A DNA stretch of 64,000 nt, taken from the NCBI RefSeq assembly GCF_018350175.1, contig NC_058368.1:63490001-63554000 (forward strand), written 5' to 3'. Positions 1 to 13,308 of this stretch are shown piece by piece (the stretch's first letter is position 1; each line of letters opens with the position of its first letter). The translations under genes and the position numbers were made by a program. The notes beneath the pieces are model-generated. The model did not search any database, was not told where the DNA came from, and worked only from the letters and a program-made list of their open reading frames with translations. The DNA comes from Felis catus. Lineage: Eukaryota.

Positions 1-2051
1 AAATCAAAGAAATGATAAACACAGCATTCAGTGGTAACCACCCTGGGGATGAAAAAGGCTTCAAAGTTATTGGAAATGCGTTTCATAAGTTGGGTTGTGG
101 GTACATTGGCATTGGTTTTACTACTTTTTTATATCAGACATATATCTTTACATCATACATGTATCACATTTATAATTTTATATCAATGTATGATATATTT
201 TTTAGACATTTTAATAAAAGTAGCCAATTTTTAAAAACAAAAATATTGGCTTGAAGCATGAAGAATGGGTTTTTTTAAATACAAGCTTTGTTAAATGATA
301 CATTCATTTAATTTAAAATTAGGCAGCATACATTTTGAAATCTACCAATAGAAAAACATCTGCCAAGAATGAATTTCAGGAGGGAATAAATTTCATAATT
401 TACCATCTAGACTGCTGCCAAACTTTAGTGACGGAGGCTCTACACCAAGAAGCAGCAGATTTAAGGTGCTTTTTTTCTTCCCCTTCACGTTCCAGTTTGC
501 TAACTGGATACAAGCCAAGACCTTTAGATGACTCAATTTTTCACTCTATAAGATAAAGACAATACTTGCCATCTCCCAAGTAGAGGTTATGAGGATTAAT
601 CTGTCCATAAAGCATTTGAAGGTCCTTGCAATAAAGATTAAAACCATATATAAAATTTGTTGTATTTTATAGGTGTGAGTTTGCAAGACCAGTTACCTTG
701 AAACTGTTTATTCCATAAGAATTAGGCCTGTAGTTTAAGATTCTATGACACCAAATGTGTGGTTCAATCTTAGTTAGAGATTCATGGTCCTGAATAAGTA
801 GGCTTCCCATTGACACGGTTAATTAAGAGAGATGATAGCAATTTTCCACTTACCATTTGTGCATGCATTTATCCTTCCTGAAATATGAATGAAATTATAA
901 ACATGGAAGCCAGTTACTACTCACTCCTAGACACCATCCTAGAAGTAGGTTGGGTAGTATAGGTGGTTTAAAATATAGAAATCTGAATGTTACATGAAAG
1001 GTAGGCATAAATATTTACCTCAAAAAATGGTCCTCACCTAGCCAAGGATGCTTTTTTTCTTAACTAAAAATCATGTTATTAACATTACAGTTCACCAATT
1101 AAATACTGGTTAACATTAATATTTGCATATTATATTAGTGTGAGGAAGAAAATAGCTCTTAACAATTCACTTCTGCCTCTTCCCTAAATTTGCTGTGATT
1201 CCATTCAGCATATTGTAAAGGTATTTTTACTTTCAAGACATAAGACGCTGAAAAATCGCCCCATGCCTGAAGTCACTGCAGCTTCAGGATTGGGAGGTGT
1301 CAGTTTAGCTTTTAAAGACACTGAGGTATCATGGTCTTTTCCATTCTGCTTACACTTTCACAACATCTCTGAATACATTTAACAAGCTTACTTTCCCTCC
1401 CATAATACTTTCCCTATTTGTCTTCTCATTCATTTATTCTTTCACTCAACAGACATTTATTAAATGCCTACCTACATGTGCAGAAGCTTTGCTAAGACAA
1501 AACATCTTCCCTGCCTTCAAAGAAATTCATAATCTAGTAGGTAAGACAGAGAAAGAAATATGATTAGAATTCAGAATTTTTTTTTAAATCAAGAGTTCAG
1601 AAGAAAAATGCATTTTTGTGGCATCCATGTGTAAATGCTCATGCCACACCTGTACTTAAAACCTCTCCATGGCTTCTGTGGGTTTGAAATAAACTTAAAC
1701 TTGGTACGCAGGACCATCATGAGCACCCTTTGCTCAGCACTGCCAGCTCAGCCCTTTCCTGCAGCCACACTGATTTCTCACAGCTCCAGCAATACCATCT
1801 GGCTGTCTCTTCTGGGGCCTGCGCTGTGCCCTCTGCTTGGTGTGCCTGACTGTAGTTCCTCTCTGTCTAGATAATTCTTATTCTTCAGGTCTCAACTTAG
1901 GAATCTCCTTAAAAAGCCATCTCTGACTCCTTCAGTTTTGGTTAGATACCTCTCCTCTTTGCTCCCATGGATTTCTATGCCTATCTTATAGCATTTTTAT
2001 CTCCCTTTATTACCCCTGGTGGACTATTTGGTCTTTGAAGGCAGCATTGTT

Positions 2052-2177
2052 GGGGCACCTGGGTAACTCAGTCGGTTAAGTGTCCAACTCTTGCTTTCAG
2101 CTCAGGTCATGATCTCATGGTTCATGAGTTCGAGCCCTGCATTGGGCTCTCTGCTGTTGGCTCAGAACCTGCTTGGA

Positions 2178-2245
<68 letters not shown>

Positions 2246-2269
2246 CTGCCCTTCCCCTGCTTGCTTGCC

Positions 2270-2307
<38 letters not shown>

Positions 2308-2337
2308 ATAAACTTTAAAAATATATTAAAAATAAAA
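2052..2337 (+). mobile_element. CAN-SINE with expanded (CT)n tracts
   Basis: GGGGCACCTGGGT...CTCAGTCGGTTAAG head, GTTCGAGCCC B box, (CT)n, A-rich tail. Confidence 0.95.
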
Positions 2338-2477
2338 GAAAGCAACACTATCTTATTCATCTTTGACCTTGTTAACTATCACAGTGCATTCTTTCATAAT
2401 ACCTACTCAATACATTTTGCTGACTTAATGCTTTGCAAAGTAAATACATAACTATACCTGTATATAAAGATACATCT

Positions 2478-2703
2478 GGGGCACCTGGGTGGCTCAGTCG
2501 GTTGAGCGTCCGACTTCGGCTCAGGTCAAGATCTCGCAGTCTGTGAGTTCGAGCCCTGCATCGGGCTCTGTGCTGACAGCTCAGAGCCTGGAGCCTGTTT
2601 CAGATTCTGTGTCTTCCTCTCTCTCTGCCCCTCCCCCACTCAGGCCCTGTCTGTCTCTCTCTCTCTGTCAAAAATAAATAAACATTAAAAAAAAATTAAA
2701 AAA
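2478..2703 (+). mobile_element. CAN-SINE (SINEC_Fc-like)
   Basis: Full head/CT/polyA structure; TSD AAAGATACATCT at 2466-2477 and 2704-2715. Confidence 0.97.
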
Positions 2704-3956
2704 AAAGATACATCTAATAGAAGGAAACATAGAAAGCATAAGAGCACAGAGGAAAAGCACATAACTCAAAACATGCATCAATTTGGGAGGTGGGCAAAGG
2801 GTTGAGCCCCCTCCCCGTTGGCCCCAGAGAGGTGGTATTCCCTGTGCCAAGCTTGGAAGGTATAAGGCAGGCATGGTGAGGAGGGAGGAGAGCTTTGACA
2901 TGACTAGTGTCTTCTTGTGGAGAAGTAACATTGTGTAACATGATACAGAAGTGGACATGAGTATATCCAAGTCTCCTGGGGGATTTGACCTTTGCTGCTG
3001 CTTTACAAATAAGAAAGAACTAAGGGCCCACCCACAGCCAAAAGTGGAGCATGAGGTGGTCACATTTTCCCTTTAGTCCTACCTACTATGAGGTTATAAC
3101 TGTCTGACTCAGCCAGATGTTCTGCCCCTCCCTCTCCCCCTCATCTCTTTCCCTCCCTCCCTGGTTCTCCTCGCCTGCCCCTCCTCCTCCTCTTCCTTTT
3201 CTTATATTCCTCCTTTCTCTTAAAACAATGGCCAATTACAACCATTTTTTGCCTCACAGGTAAAAACATTTGGGGACTTTAAAGATCACCCTGCCCAGCT
3301 CCATTTTACATCAGAGAAACATGGGGATCGAAACAGATACAACTTTCTAACTTCTTAGAGCAGTCATTCTCAGTGTTACAACAACAACAACAACAAAAAG
3401 AATTGAGTCTCCCAACTTTTAATGTAATAGCTTTCAGAATCTGTACTATGAAACTGATACAACCCTACTGAATTTTTAAAAAATCTGTGAAAACCCAGGA
3501 GAATAGTTTTAAAGCACTGGTTCCTCAGAGCAGGACAATAGTATTTCTCAATATGGACTATGATATTGGCTTCCTGGAGATTGCAATGATGTGACTGTGG
3601 GAAATCTTATTTTTATATTGAAGATCATGTATGTGGCAGAGTGGGAAGTTACTATATTAATGGCTGGTAGCGGCCTTCATCTTAGGAATGCTGCATTAAA
3701 TAGGCTGGCCCAGCTCATGAGAAACGAGGAGTAACAGAGTAGCAAGTGGAGGGAGCTATACCCGAAGAAATCTCAGCTCTTCAGTAAAATTATTAAACAT
3801 TTGAAATGTTTGGTGTGGAGTGATCTTTGGTGGAAACTGATGAGTGACAAAGCCGTGTGCTCAAATTGGTTTAAATTAGAAGTGGGAAGGCACTCACCGT
3901 GGCAGCCATTGCTAACAACTGTTCGATAACCATACCCCCTTCTTTTTGTCTCTATT

Positions 3957-4085
3957 CTTTATTTATTTTAATTCTAGTATAATTAACATAGTGTTATATT
4001 AGTTTCAGGTGTACAATATCCTGAGTCAACAATTCTATACATTACTCAGTGCTCATCATGATAAGTGTCCTCTTAATCCTCTCCT
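3957..4085 (-). mobile_element. Carnivore L1 3'-end fragment
   Basis: TAGTGTTATATTAGTTTCAGGTGTACAA...CTCAGTGCTCATCATGATAAGTG is typical of an antisense L1 3' UTR. Confidence 0.75.
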
Positions 4086-5107
4086 TCTTGATTAACAGAA
4101 TTTCTTCTTTTTTTTTTTTTTTTTTAGGGTGAAATGTGTCCAAGTACACAATTCATATTGCTTAAAAGTAACTGGAGGACTGCTTGGGATATGGATTTCT
4201 TCATATAGGTGATTCTTCCACAATCCCTTCTTTTTCCTACTGGAAGTGTCGTCAGGAGACTGCAGGTGAAGCAGACATCTTGCAACCAAGAGGGTAAAAG
4301 CCATGCCCTGGAGGTGCAGGAGCAGAAAGAAGAAAAGGGCCAAAGCAATAATGGTATCATAGACTTAGACTGAAAATAATCCTCTATTTGAGCCATTGCT
4401 ATTTCATTTCTGCTACACAATGCTAAAAGTAGGTGCAATGGATACATACACAAATGTGGGAGAGGGAGACACAGGATGATGAAGAAGTGGAAAGGGAATT
4501 TGTGGAAATCATTGGGAGGGCTTTGAGTCCCACAGACCATGAACTGGGGAGTCCAAACAAATTGTACCCCAAATGTGAGGAAAATGGAGGATCCAGTGTG
4601 CATCTTTGCAGCATGGCATAGCAAGGATTTCAGTTCAAACTGGATATATATCTATCCTAAGAGTTGGCATATCTGGGCAAATCTATAGGTCTTAGTAGGT
4701 AGGAATAGCAGGAGTCTATTTACATGGGAGTCCAAGGAAACTTCTGGAGAAGAACTCATTCTTAGGGGAGAAACATAGACATGTAGGAGATTGTTTCAAG
4801 GATAAAGGATTGTCATCACAGGGAAAACATTATGCGCAGTATTTTTATATTAGATTGCTCTCTGGCCAAATGCCCAAGGACTTCTGCCTGAGTCCTAGGA
4901 CAAGGAGGCTGCAAAAGGAAAGAGTAAAGCTAAAATGAGCTCTCTTCAAATACCCTCCTGTGACAGGCATAATGGTACTGAAGATAATCACTGCAGTGGT
5001 GGCGAAAATATTGGTGTAAGGGACAGGCATTGCTCTCAAGTGCAGCCGTTAGACATCCTGGTACATTTGAATGTACCATACACATAACACTAGGACAGAC
5101 AGTATCT

Positions 5108-5900
5108 GCAGTGAGCAGAATTCTAAAGGTGTCTGCCCCCCAAGATACATATCACCAGATTATTCAAACACTAACCTAGTTTCTGTTGTACAGAGATTCT
5201 GCAGATGGAATTAAGATTACTAATCAGCTGATTTAAAGATAGGGTGGGCCCAACATGAAATCTTTTGAAGTTTATGTATTTATTTTGAGGGAGAGAGAGA
5301 GAGAGGGAGAGAGAGTATGCAGCAGGGAAGGGGCAGAGAGAGAGAGAGAATCCCAACCAGGCTCCACAATGTCATTGCAGAGCCCGACATAGGGCTCAAA
5401 CTCCCAAACAGTGATATTATGACCTGAGCCGAAATCAAGAGTCAGATGCTTAACCAACTGAGCCACCCAGGTGCCCCTCAACATAAAATCTTAAAAGCCA
5501 AAGAGAATGGTAGAAAAGTAGACCAGGAGAGATGAAACAAAGAGAAATCTGAAAGATTTAAGGTGTGAGAAGGACCTGGTCTGTCTTTGCTGACTTTAAT
5601 GATTAATAAAGAGAATGTAGATGGTCTCTAGAAGCTAAGAATCACCTGCACTGCCAGCCAGCAGGGAAAAAGAATCACAGCCCTCTCACCACCTTGAACT
5701 GAATATTCCCAAAAAACTGAATCAACATGGAAACAAATTCTTCCACAGAGCCTCCAGGAAGAAAAGCAGTTTCCCAACACCTTGGTGTTAGCCCAGTGAG
5801 TTACACATTAGGCTTCTGACCTATCTATTGTGAAATGATACATTTTGTCTTAAGCTAAGTTGGTGGTAACTTGTTACAGCAACAGCAGAATGCAAATTCA
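5108..5900 (+). mobile_element. MaLR (MLT1-type) solo LTR interrupted by a SINE
   Basis: GCAGATGGAATTAAGATTACTAATCAGCTGA...CCACAGAGCCTCCAG...GGTAACTTGTTACAGCAA. Confidence 0.75.
5265..5477 (-). mobile_element. CAN-SINE nested in the MLT1 LTR
   Basis: Reverse head ...GAGCCACCCAGGTGCCCC; TSD CAACATRAAATCTT. Confidence 0.95.
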
Positions 5901-6196
5901 GTATCTTCTTGTATTGAAATTATTTCTCTATATCTCTGTCTCCTCTACTGAATCGCTGTCATGAGGGCAAGGACAATGTCTTTGTCATGCTATTATTTTC
6001 TTTATTTCTTTACTCCTCCTAACTAAACCTTCTTGTCAATACTTTTTTTTTTCTATTTTAATACAGGCATTCTAGTGCCTTTCCTTTAAAATATTCACAA
6101 TCTGTTTTCAAAAACATTTGCAAGAACAATGGTTCAAATGCATTTGTAGGAACAAGGGTATTTGATTATTGCTAAAGTCTTTTTGCAGAAGAGACA

Positions 6197-6591
6197 GTAT
6201 TAGTCTGCTCAGTCTGCCGTAACAAAATGCCAGAGACTGGGTGGTTTAAGCAACAGATGCTTGTTTTCTTACAGTTCTGAAGACTACAAGTCCAAGATCA
6301 CAGTGCAGTTGGTTTGCAGTGAGACCTCTCTTCCTGGCTTTCAGACGACCACCTTCTTGCTGTGTCCTTAATGTCCTTTTCTGTGCCTCACATGGCACAG
6401 AAGCAGAGAGAGATCATCGGGGTCCCTTCCTCTACTTAGAAGAACATTAGTTCTATCAGATTAGGGCTCCATCCTTATGATCTCTTTTAACCTTAATTAT
6501 CTCTTTAAAGGCCCTATCGCCAACTGTAGTCACATTTGTAGTTCAGGCTTCAGTATATGAATTTTGAAGGGACACAATTCAGTCTATAACA
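6197..6591 (-). mobile_element. MaLR MLT1 solo LTR
   Basis: GTATTAGTCTGCTC...GCCGTAACAAAATGCCAGAGACTGGGTGGTTTAA...GGGACACAATTCAGTCTATAACA. Confidence 0.85.
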
Positions 6592-7936
6592 AAACAATAA
6601 GGTCTAACCTTATTTGCATCTCAGATAATAAAACATGCCAAAATAGACATGTGTATGTTGTGCTCACTTATTGCTCTGATAGTGTTTGCTATGGATACCT
6701 TAGTTGCTCCTCACTATCAAGTTCACTCAGGAGACCTGCAGAGGCAGTGTTATGCCTCTTTCAATCCTCAGTGATTTAAAAACCGGGTGTTTTTTATTAT
6801 CTGTTGTAATTTTATTGCATTCACATTTATATTTAATTCATATTCCAGTAGAAAATATATTGAAAAATCCCTTTATTTCGAAAAATAAGCAAAAAAAAAA
6901 ACCCATGATCTTTAGAAAATCACAAAATTGAACTGTCATTTCTATTTTAAAGGATAATCCACTCCCCTCCCTGCCCCCCAACTTAAAAAGGTCAGTAGAG
7001 TTGAGGTTGAGAAAACTGCTCTAGATTAAGTTTCTAGACCTAACTTTTAGTCCCTACTCTACCCCTGTTCCAGTTGGGAAGACCAGTCAGTTGCAGAATC
7101 AGAAACATCACCATCTCTTCCAGGATCTTCACCAACCCTACCTGGAGCTCCCTCCTGGCCTCCCTGACCAAATGATGCGGTTCTAAATCGAAGTCAAACA
7201 GAGAACATCCGGTTAGTGCAACCTAAATCACATCAAGCATCCTAACTGGAGGATAGACTGGTGAAGGTAGTGTTAATTTTTTGTTCTCTGTATGCTTGAG
7301 GAGGGTTGGAAAGGACAATGAGCAAACTAAACCAAACTATCTGGCACAGATGTTTATTAGAGGGACGTCAAAAGGATTAAAAATATTAACGCACATTTTC
7401 TGTAAGTTATTTGTAAACTGCATGTTGAATTACGTTACTTCTGAAGTCTTTGATTAACTAAAATGAACAAATTTCAGCCTTTAGACTATCTCAATAGTCG
7501 CTAAAAACCCTATTTTGAGAGAAGTGAAACTTAACCATTTTATTTCAGAAAGAAAATGCTGTGAAAATCTCCATTCTATGTTCTTGCCCGTTGATAGCAG
7601 CTAATATTAAACATCTAGATTTCTTAAGTTCATGTGTCTAATAACACAGTTAGGTCTGGTCATCAAACTCATTCACCCTTTAAACTGCATTATTTATTCT
7701 TTTTTTTTACTGGCATAGTCACACTCTGGAGGTGCGAAAAAGAATTTCTATTTACTTTCCAGTACCACTTTCAGGAACCAGTTTGTTAAATCTTTGAAAG
7801 CTGCATATTAAGTAACCCCAGCGCTTTAAGTAAGTAATTCTTATTTTGTATCAAGATTATGTTGAATTAAAAATCACAAAAATAGTTTCAAATGAGAATT
7901 TCAGATAGGAACACAATGATCATTTAAAACAAATGT

Positions 7937-8180
7937 CAGGGATTGTGTGTGTGTGTGTGTGTGTGTGTAAGACAGAGAGAAAGGTCAGATAGTAAATATT
8001 TTAGTCTTTGTGGGTCATAAAACCTCTTGTGTCACAACTATGTAATTTTGTCACAGTAACACAAAAGCAGCCATGGACAATAGTAGTGGGTGTGGCTGTG
8101 TTCCAGTAAAGCTTCATTTACAAAAATAAATCCAGGTGGTGGCTGGATCTAGCCCATGGCTTTAGTTTGTGGAGCCCTGA
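7937..8180. mobile_element. MER58A-like hAT-Charlie DNA transposon containing (GT)n at ~7944-7968
   Basis: CAGATAGTAAATATTTTAG...AAAGCAGCCATGGACAA...GGCTGTGTTCCAGTAAA...CCCTG. Confidence 0.75.
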
Positions 8181-8189
8181 TTTAAGTCT

Positions 8190-8350
8190 GTGTTTCTGGT
8201 ACCAGCATCATCATTATCTTCTGGGAGCTTGTTAGAATCACAAATTCTTAGATCCCACTCAGATTCACTGACTCAGAAACTCTGGGGGTGAGGTCGAAAT
8301 ATGTGTTGTAATAAGTCCGCCATGTAATTCTGAAGTTTGAGCGATGGTGA
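8190..8350. mobile_element. MER5A-like DNA transposon
   Basis: CTGGGAGCTTGTTAGAA...ACTGACTCAGAAACTCTGGGGGTG. Confidence 0.7.
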
Positions 8351-8431
8351 GTTAAGCTATTCATAATGTATGTTAATGTAGATTTTCATTAACCGGTGAC
8401 AGCTTTGCTTATATAATATTGATTGTAAACT

Positions 8432-8652
8432 TTTTTAAAAATTTTTTAGCGTTTATTTATTATTGACAGACAGAGAGAGACAGAGCATGAGCAGGGGAGG
8501 GGCAGAGGGAGAGGGAGACACAGAATCTGAAGCAGGTTCCAGGCACTGAGCTGGCAGCACAGAGCCCAACGCGGGGCTCGAACTCACAAACTGCGAGATC
8601 ATGACCTGAGCGGAAGTCGGACACTTAACTTACTGAGCCACGCAGGCGCCCC
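8432..8652 (-). mobile_element. CAN-SINE (young, CpG-retaining)
   Basis: TSD TTGATTGTAAACT at 8419-8431 and 8653-8665. Confidence 0.97.
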
Positions 8653-10002
8653 TTGATTGTAAACTAACAAGACAGTGATGATTTTCTATTTTGTAAGAAC
8701 CATATAGAGTTTTTATAGTGTGATTGTACAAATTAAGTCAGGCTGCAGTATTCAGAAATAATGAGCTCTTACATACACAGACTATAACTTACTCTTCTTT
8801 CTTGCTTCTACTGTAAGCAGCACATAGTAGGTGCTCAAGAAAAACTTGTGAAAGAAACAAAACCAAAAATAAGGACAGATGAAAAATAATGTAGCTACTT
8901 ATTTGCTTCAGAAGTATAGACTGACAAGGAAACTAATTAACCATGCTTATTGGAGTTCTTTTGCTTTCTAAATATTGAATGAATAAATAAATGAGTGACT
9001 TAAACAGGGAGTAGGGAAAACAATCTGATTTTTTGTGAACCTTAAAATAATATTTCCATGCCTAAATAATTTATAAGTGACAAAAATAGGATATGCATAA
9101 CTCTAGCACCGAAAGAAGCTTATAGAATAAGTCAAGAGTTCACATTCTTCCTTCCAGTTTGGAATCTCTCCTGATTCTAAAATGTGAAAACAAAGTACTC
9201 CGAAGTAAGAACGATTTCCAAAATGTAAGTGCAGTTCTGGGATAAAGTTACTAGGGGAAAGAGTGAATGGTTCCTCAAAAAAGCTGTTGCTTTCTTCATA
9301 TCCACCCTCACTTCCCACCCCTAAACTGTGTTCTTCCTAAACCTAATCTAGACCTTTACACATGTCCCATGGAAACAGGCTGGACTTGATCCAGACGTGA
9401 TAAACCAACATCCTCCAGTAGAGGGCATTTTTTAGCTTATTTGGGGCCAGTCTCAATCTGGCAGATGTCAATTGCAGTATGTTTCCAAAAATCATGGTCT
9501 CTAGAAATCCGCCATAGAGAAGCTCCTTTCAGCGTTCCAGAATTTACCTGTTGGCTTTCTCTCCTATTTTCCTCACAGTTGAGATATTAGTTTTTAACAC
9601 TTTAATGTCACATAGTAGGTGTTTGTTTAATCAATATTCACTAAATGAATGTGTAAAGCCACTACATAGCTATAGATATAGGTATGCATAGTGTGTATCA
9701 GTGTTTTTCATATACACAATAATTATAATAAACTAGACACTGTAATAAAAATATTTATCTATCTATCTTTGAAACTTTTAGCATGTATCCAGTCGTTATA
9801 GCATTACCAAGAGTGACATTAATAAGATGATGTAGTGGTATATACTAGCCTTCATCCTCCTACCTAAAAACAAAAATTAGACACCTATCCATGAACAAAA
9901 ATAGTCCTGAGAGAGCTCAAAAGTCTAATGAAGGACCTACTGCAACACAAAGGAGCCAAAAAAATTGGAGAATAACTGTACAGAAAGGATCACTGGGAAG
10001 AT

Positions 10003-11072
10003 CAATCCAAATAGCCAAAGCAATTCTGAGAAAGAACACAACTGTGGGCATCACACTTCCTGATTTCAAACTATACTACAAAGTTATAGTAATCAAAACA
10101 GTATGGTACTGTAAAAAAAAAAAAAAACAGACACATAGCTCAAAGGGACAGAATAAAAAGCCCAAAAATAAACCCACACATACATAGTCAACTAATATTA
10201 AGAAGGATGTGAGAACACACAATGGGGAAAGGATAGTCTCTTCAATAAATGGTGCTGGGAAAACTGGATATGCACATGCAAAGAATGAAATTGGACCCCT
10301 ATCTTACACCATTCACAAAAATTAACTTAAAGTAAGCTAAAGACTACATTTAAGACTGGAAACCATGAAACTCCTAGAAGGAAATGTAGGGGAAAAGCTC
10401 ATTGACGTTATTCTTGCAACCATTTTTTTAGATAGGACACCAAACGCACAAGCAACAAATTAAAAAATCAGCAACTGGGACTACATCAACTAGAAAGCCG
10501 TTGGGGAGCAAAAGAAACAATAAACAAAATGAAAAGACAACCCACAGAATAGAAAAAATGTATTTGCAAAACATTAGGGGTCTTTATCTAAAATTTATAA
10601 GGAATTCATACAATTCAGTATCAAAAAAAACCCAAACTGATTAAAAAATGAACAGAGGACCTGAATAAACATTTTTTCCAAAGAAGGTATACAAATGGCC
10701 AAGAGGTGCATGAAAAGATGCTCAAGGTTACTAATCATCAGGGAGCTGTGAATCAAAATCGCAATGAGATATCACCTCATCTATTAGGATGACTGTTACC
10801 GAAGTGTCAACAAAACAAATAATGAAGAGGTGAAGAAAAGGAAACCCAAACTTGGTATAGCCACTATGGAAAACAGTATGGAGATGCCTCAAAAATTAAA
10901 AATAGAACTTCCATATGCTCTAGCAATCCCACTTCTGGATATACCCCTGAAGGAAACGAAATTAGTATCTCAAGATAGATGCACTGCCATGGTCATTGCA
11001 GAGTTATTCACAAGAGCAATGATAAGGAAACAACCTAAGTCTGTTGACAGATGAATGGATAAAGAAGATTTG

Positions 11073-11119
<47 letters not shown>

Positions 11120-11405
11120 GGAATACTATTCAGCCATAAAAAAGTAAGAAATCCTGCCATTTGTGATGACATAGATAAAACTAAAAGGTATTAGGTTAAG
11201 TGAAAAAATCCAGGTAGAAAAAGACAAATAGTGTCACTTATACATGGAATCTTAAAGAAAAAAAAAGCCGAACCTGGAAACAGAGAGTAGCATGGTGGTT
11301 CCCTGGGGCTGGAGGGAAAGGAAAATAGGTAGTTGTTGGTCAAAGGGTGCAAACTTTCAGTTATAAGATGTAAAATTCTGGAAAGCTAATGTACAGAATG
11401 AAATT
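10003..11405 (+). mobile_element. Degenerate L1 (L1M-type): ORF2 C-terminus plus 3' UTR
   Basis: Peptide relics [27 protein letters not shown] and ATMENSMEMPQKLKIELPY; L1 3' UTR motifs. Confidence 0.95.
11073..11117 (+). repeat. (GATA)n tetranucleotide microsatellite
   Basis: Perfect GATA tandem run inside the L1 3' UTR. Confidence 0.97.
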
Positions 11406-12554
11406 AAAAATGGTAATTTTAATGGTTATCTGGATATTTATAAATACAGAATCTGGTTGTTTAGAACCAAGCAGATGATAATTTATATACTTGAACGTTT
11501 TTTTAAAAATCTGGATTGCATAAAAATAGCCTTAAATTGTAGCTATACAAGGGAGATTTGGTTTCAAGATATATTCAAGGAACTAGTTATTAAACAACTT
11601 CAACCATTACTAATTTTTGTATAACCAAACTAAATTCAATCAGTTAGCACTTTTCTACAAAGTTTTATTATATGTGTGCATAGTGTTAGAGACTTTTCAT
11701 AAAATAATTTTATAAATTAAAAATGGTTTTGGTTTTATTAACAGACTTGATAGTGATGGCAACTGTACATAAATAATACAGCCTTATGAATCCATTATTT
11801 TGCCCACCAATTATGCTGGCTGCTGGCTGCCCCTTCAAATGTTAATGTTAGGGATGTGGGCTAACTTCAAATTTAAAGAACTTATCCACTATTGATATAG
11901 GTTTTAAAATTTTCACCACCGACAATACTTCAGCTGTCTTGTTGAAAATTAAATGGGAATATTTCAGAAATGCACATCATTTTTTATATTCTCCAAGGAA
12001 GAATAACATCAAGGCTTTCATCTTTGGGTCAGCACAATGTGTCATTTAGCTAAGGCAACTGAAATTTTTTTATGTAAATTATGGAACAGAAACATTTACT
12101 TATTAACTGAATATCAATGAACAGAAGAGGTATTTATTGCAACTGATAAGGGAATCTTGTGTCTATGGGAGAAAAAGGTGGTGTTTCAGTATCTTTGCAA
12201 ACATCAGCTCTGTGTTTGGCTAAAATAAGAGCTGTTAGATTAACTACATTCATCAGAGGCAATAGTAAATAATTTGAAAAAAGTGAAATAAATAGTGAAA
12301 AACTGAAATACAAGTGAGGTAAATAAATACAAGTGAGGTAAAAAAAAACTTAAGTTTTTATTGATGTTAAGAAATTGTCGTTAAAAAATCATCTTATTAC
12401 TAGTCCTCCAAAGGAAATTATAATTAAATAAAAATCTTTCTATGAATTTCCTGAAAGTTTTAAATTACAATTAACCTATTTATCCTTAAATCACTGTATT
12501 TCAGACAATACATAAAAACATTAACAACACATAATCCTCTAAAAATAACATTTT

Positions 12555-12752
12555 TTAATGTTTATTTATTTTTGAGAGAGAGAGAGAGAGAGAGACCCAG
12601 CATGAGTAGGGGAGGGGCAGAGAGAGAGGGAGACACAGAATCTGAAGCAGGCTCCAGGCTCTGAGCCCAACTTGGGCTGGAACTCAAGAACCATGAGATC
12701 ATGACCCTAGCCAAAGTCAGACACTCAACCAACTGAGCTACCGAGGCACCCC
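12555..12752 (-). mobile_element. CAN-SINE
   Basis: TSD TAAAAATAACATTTT on both sides. Confidence 0.95.
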
Positions 12753-12854
12753 TAAAAATAACATTTTAAGAGAAATAGAATGTAATGTTTCATAAGTAGA
12801 ATGTTCCATGCTGATTTTTTTAAATTTTGAATTATAAGCTTCATTTTTTTGGCA

Positions 12855-13060
12855 TTTTTTATTGAAGTATAATTAACATACAGTATTATATTAGGTTCAT
12901 AGTAAGCTTCTTTTTTTAAAGTTTTTATTTAAGTTCTACTTAGTTAATATACAGTGTAATATTATTTTCCATTGTACAATTTAGGGATTTAATGCTTACA
13001 TACAATACCTAGTGCTCATCACAAGTACCCTTCTTAATACCCATCACCTGTTTCACCCTT
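12855..13060 (-). mobile_element. Two adjacent L1 3'-end fragments
   Basis: TTTTATTGAAGTATAATTAACATACAGT... and ...CAGTGTAATATT...GTGCTCATCACAAGT. Confidence 0.65.
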
Positions 13061-13149
13061 GCTTCATTTTGTCTCAACTTTTATTTCATTAAAATAATTT
13101 TAGCATAGCTACATTTTTTAAATAGTTTTAAGATACACATTTTTATATT

Positions 13150-13277
13150 TTTTAAATTTTTTATTTGGAAATAACCTCAAACTTACAAAAAAGTTGCAAA
13201 ATTATAATATGTAACAGTAAAAACAATTCACCCTTTCACATATTGTTAAAATTTTATCCCATTTACTTCATAATAGA

Positions 13278-13308
<31 letters not shown>

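Noticed and set aside
2478..2560. tRNA-like A and B boxes
   Set aside because: These are tRNA-derived SINE heads followed by CT tract, polyA and TSDs, not tRNA genes.
2091..2677. ORFs with LSLSLS/ERERER tracts and MAQSVERPTSAQV peptides (also at 14385, 31110, 41055, 61886)
   Set aside because: Translations of CAN-SINE bodies and (CT)n repeats.
4124..4624. 166-aa minus-strand ORF (and 166-aa ORF at 59006-59506)
   Set aside because: Non-ATG starts, no recognisable homology, and no supporting splice structure. The first appears to overlap decayed LTR-like sequence.
9891..11054. ORFs resembling reverse-transcriptase element protein
   Set aside because: Frameshifted fragments of a dead L1 ORF2, not an intact gene.
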